In this document: positions 62,866 to 64,000 of the stretch, one piece after another | Layout: each line of letters starts with the position of its first letter | How positions within the stretch are numbered: the first letter of the stretch is position 1 | Origin: Lama guanicoe | Taxonomy: Eukaryota | DNA length: 64,000 bases | Assembly: GCA_013239625.1 (NCBI GenBank) | Contig: MU054001.1 | Location: forward strand, 2,796,151-2,860,150 | Reading direction: 5' to 3' | Notes under the pieces: generated by a model | Told to the model about the DNA's origin: nothing | The model's database searches: none | Seen by the model: only the letters and a program-made list of their open reading frames with translations | Made by a program: the position numbers and the translations under genes

Positions 62866-63203
62866 AAATTTTTATTTTTTTTATTGAGGTATCGTTGATT
62901 TACAATGGTGTATTGATTTCTAGTGTACAGCATAGTGATTCAGTTATACATATATACATTTCTTTTCATACTCTTTTTCATTATAGGCTATCACAAGGTA
63001 TTGTGTATAGCTCCCTATGCTGTACAGGAGGACCTTATTGTTTATCCAGATTCGTGATGATTTTCCTTACAGTTCCACTTGTACAAGATCTTCTGCCAGA
63101 GTCCAGCAGGTATTCTGTGACAACTGTTCCACACTTAGACGTATTTTGATGTATTTGTGGGAGAAGGTGAGCTCTGCATCCTTCTATTCTTGAAACCCTT
63201 CTC
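62866..63203 (-). mobile_element. Bipartite L1-derived retroposon (L1 5' end fused to L1 3' end), cetartiodactyl type, 16-bp TSD
   Basis: TSD CATTTGTTTGCTTTTT at 62850-62865 and 63204-63219; 62866-63045 is an antisense L1 3' terminus plus tail; 63046-63203 is an antisense L1 5' terminus (sense CTCACCTTCTCCCACAAATACATCAAAATAC...GGCAGAAGA). Confidence 0.8.
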
Positions 63204-64000
63204 CATTTGTTTGCTTTTTAAAATTTATTTATTCATCGTTGGATAAACATTACTGGGGCCTGGCTGGGCCATAGGTATTCAGTGGTAAGGAGAGATGCCC
63301 CTTAGGGTACCCACTTCTCTCTTGTCCGGGTTGGAAATCACACTCAGGTGCCTTCCATCTCCCACCCAAGGTGCTGTGAGGAGGGGTGGCTCGTGACCCT
63401 TGTACTTTGAGTGCATGTACTTTGGAGTTTCCAGGACTCAACTTGCTGCAGATAAATTGGAAACTGCTGCTTTGGCCGCCTGCAGGGTGAGGCCTGATGT
63501 CCGTAGGGTTTCGATCGATGACAAGGTTGTGTAATAAGCAGACCACCTCTCCTCCTGAGGGAACCCACTGATTCATGGCGCTGCATCCCGGGTTTCCTTC
63601 CAGCTCAGTGCTGCTTGCTGGGCTGGGCCATTTATCTTTGACAAAATCTCTACCTGAAGCTTTCCTCAAACTCCAGAGCAGCCCATGAGTCCCAGATACG
63701 TGATTGGGGCAGGCCCACGGGAGTAAGTAAAGGGGGACCATTTAGAAAATGCCAGCCTTTCCAGCATGAAAATAGGATGTACCTTGGGGTGTATTCAGCA
63801 CCACAACAAAGGGTTTGCCGAGGTCCACATCCATGAAATAAGTATAATTTATTTTTCTCTCGGTAAACTTCACTATTGCTGCTCTATGTTGCCTTTGGAC
63901 TTGGGCTCGTTCTCTGCCATTCGTTGGCACAATTGCTGAGTACCCTGAGCTTTCAAGTAAGTTATTCCAAAATCTAATACCTTGTTTGATTCTTGGGAAT

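Noticed and set aside
63250..63930. 163-aa and 62-aa minus-strand ORFs
   Set aside because: No recognisable homology or convincing splice or Kozak context.
1..64000. CRISPR arrays, operons, tRNA/rRNA/snRNA genes, processed pseudogenes
   Set aside because: No regularly spaced repeats, long ORFs or recognisable RNA-gene or retrocopy sequence; the DNA is mammalian non-coding.

Overview
Non-coding mammalian (eutherian) genomic DNA, intergenic or deep intronic. It is not prokaryotic, and I found no credible protein-coding exon, RNA gene or CRISPR array. The window is dense in ancient eutherian repeats (MIR, L2, L3/CR1, L1M, MLT1/ERVL LTRs, hAT-Charlie and Tigger MITEs). It has a cetartiodactyl-type young L1 end but no Alu, Bov, PRE1, CHR or Can SINEs, which suggests a camelid (inference). 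Repeat-free, motif-rich stretches look like conserved enhancers, and there is one strong CTCF motif. The most striking item is a ~340-bp retroposon at 62866-63203 with a 16-bp target-site duplication (TSD). It joins the extreme 5' end of an L1 directly to the extreme 3' end, and the junction looks like a splice event, so it is a candidate spliced, non-autonomous L1 derivative. Other notable items are a twin-primed L1, a CpG-retaining hairpin inside a putative conserved element, and a 41/43-bp dispersed duplication. Repeat family names come from recalled consensus sequences, not a database search. Repeat boundaries are approximate unless a TSD is quoted.
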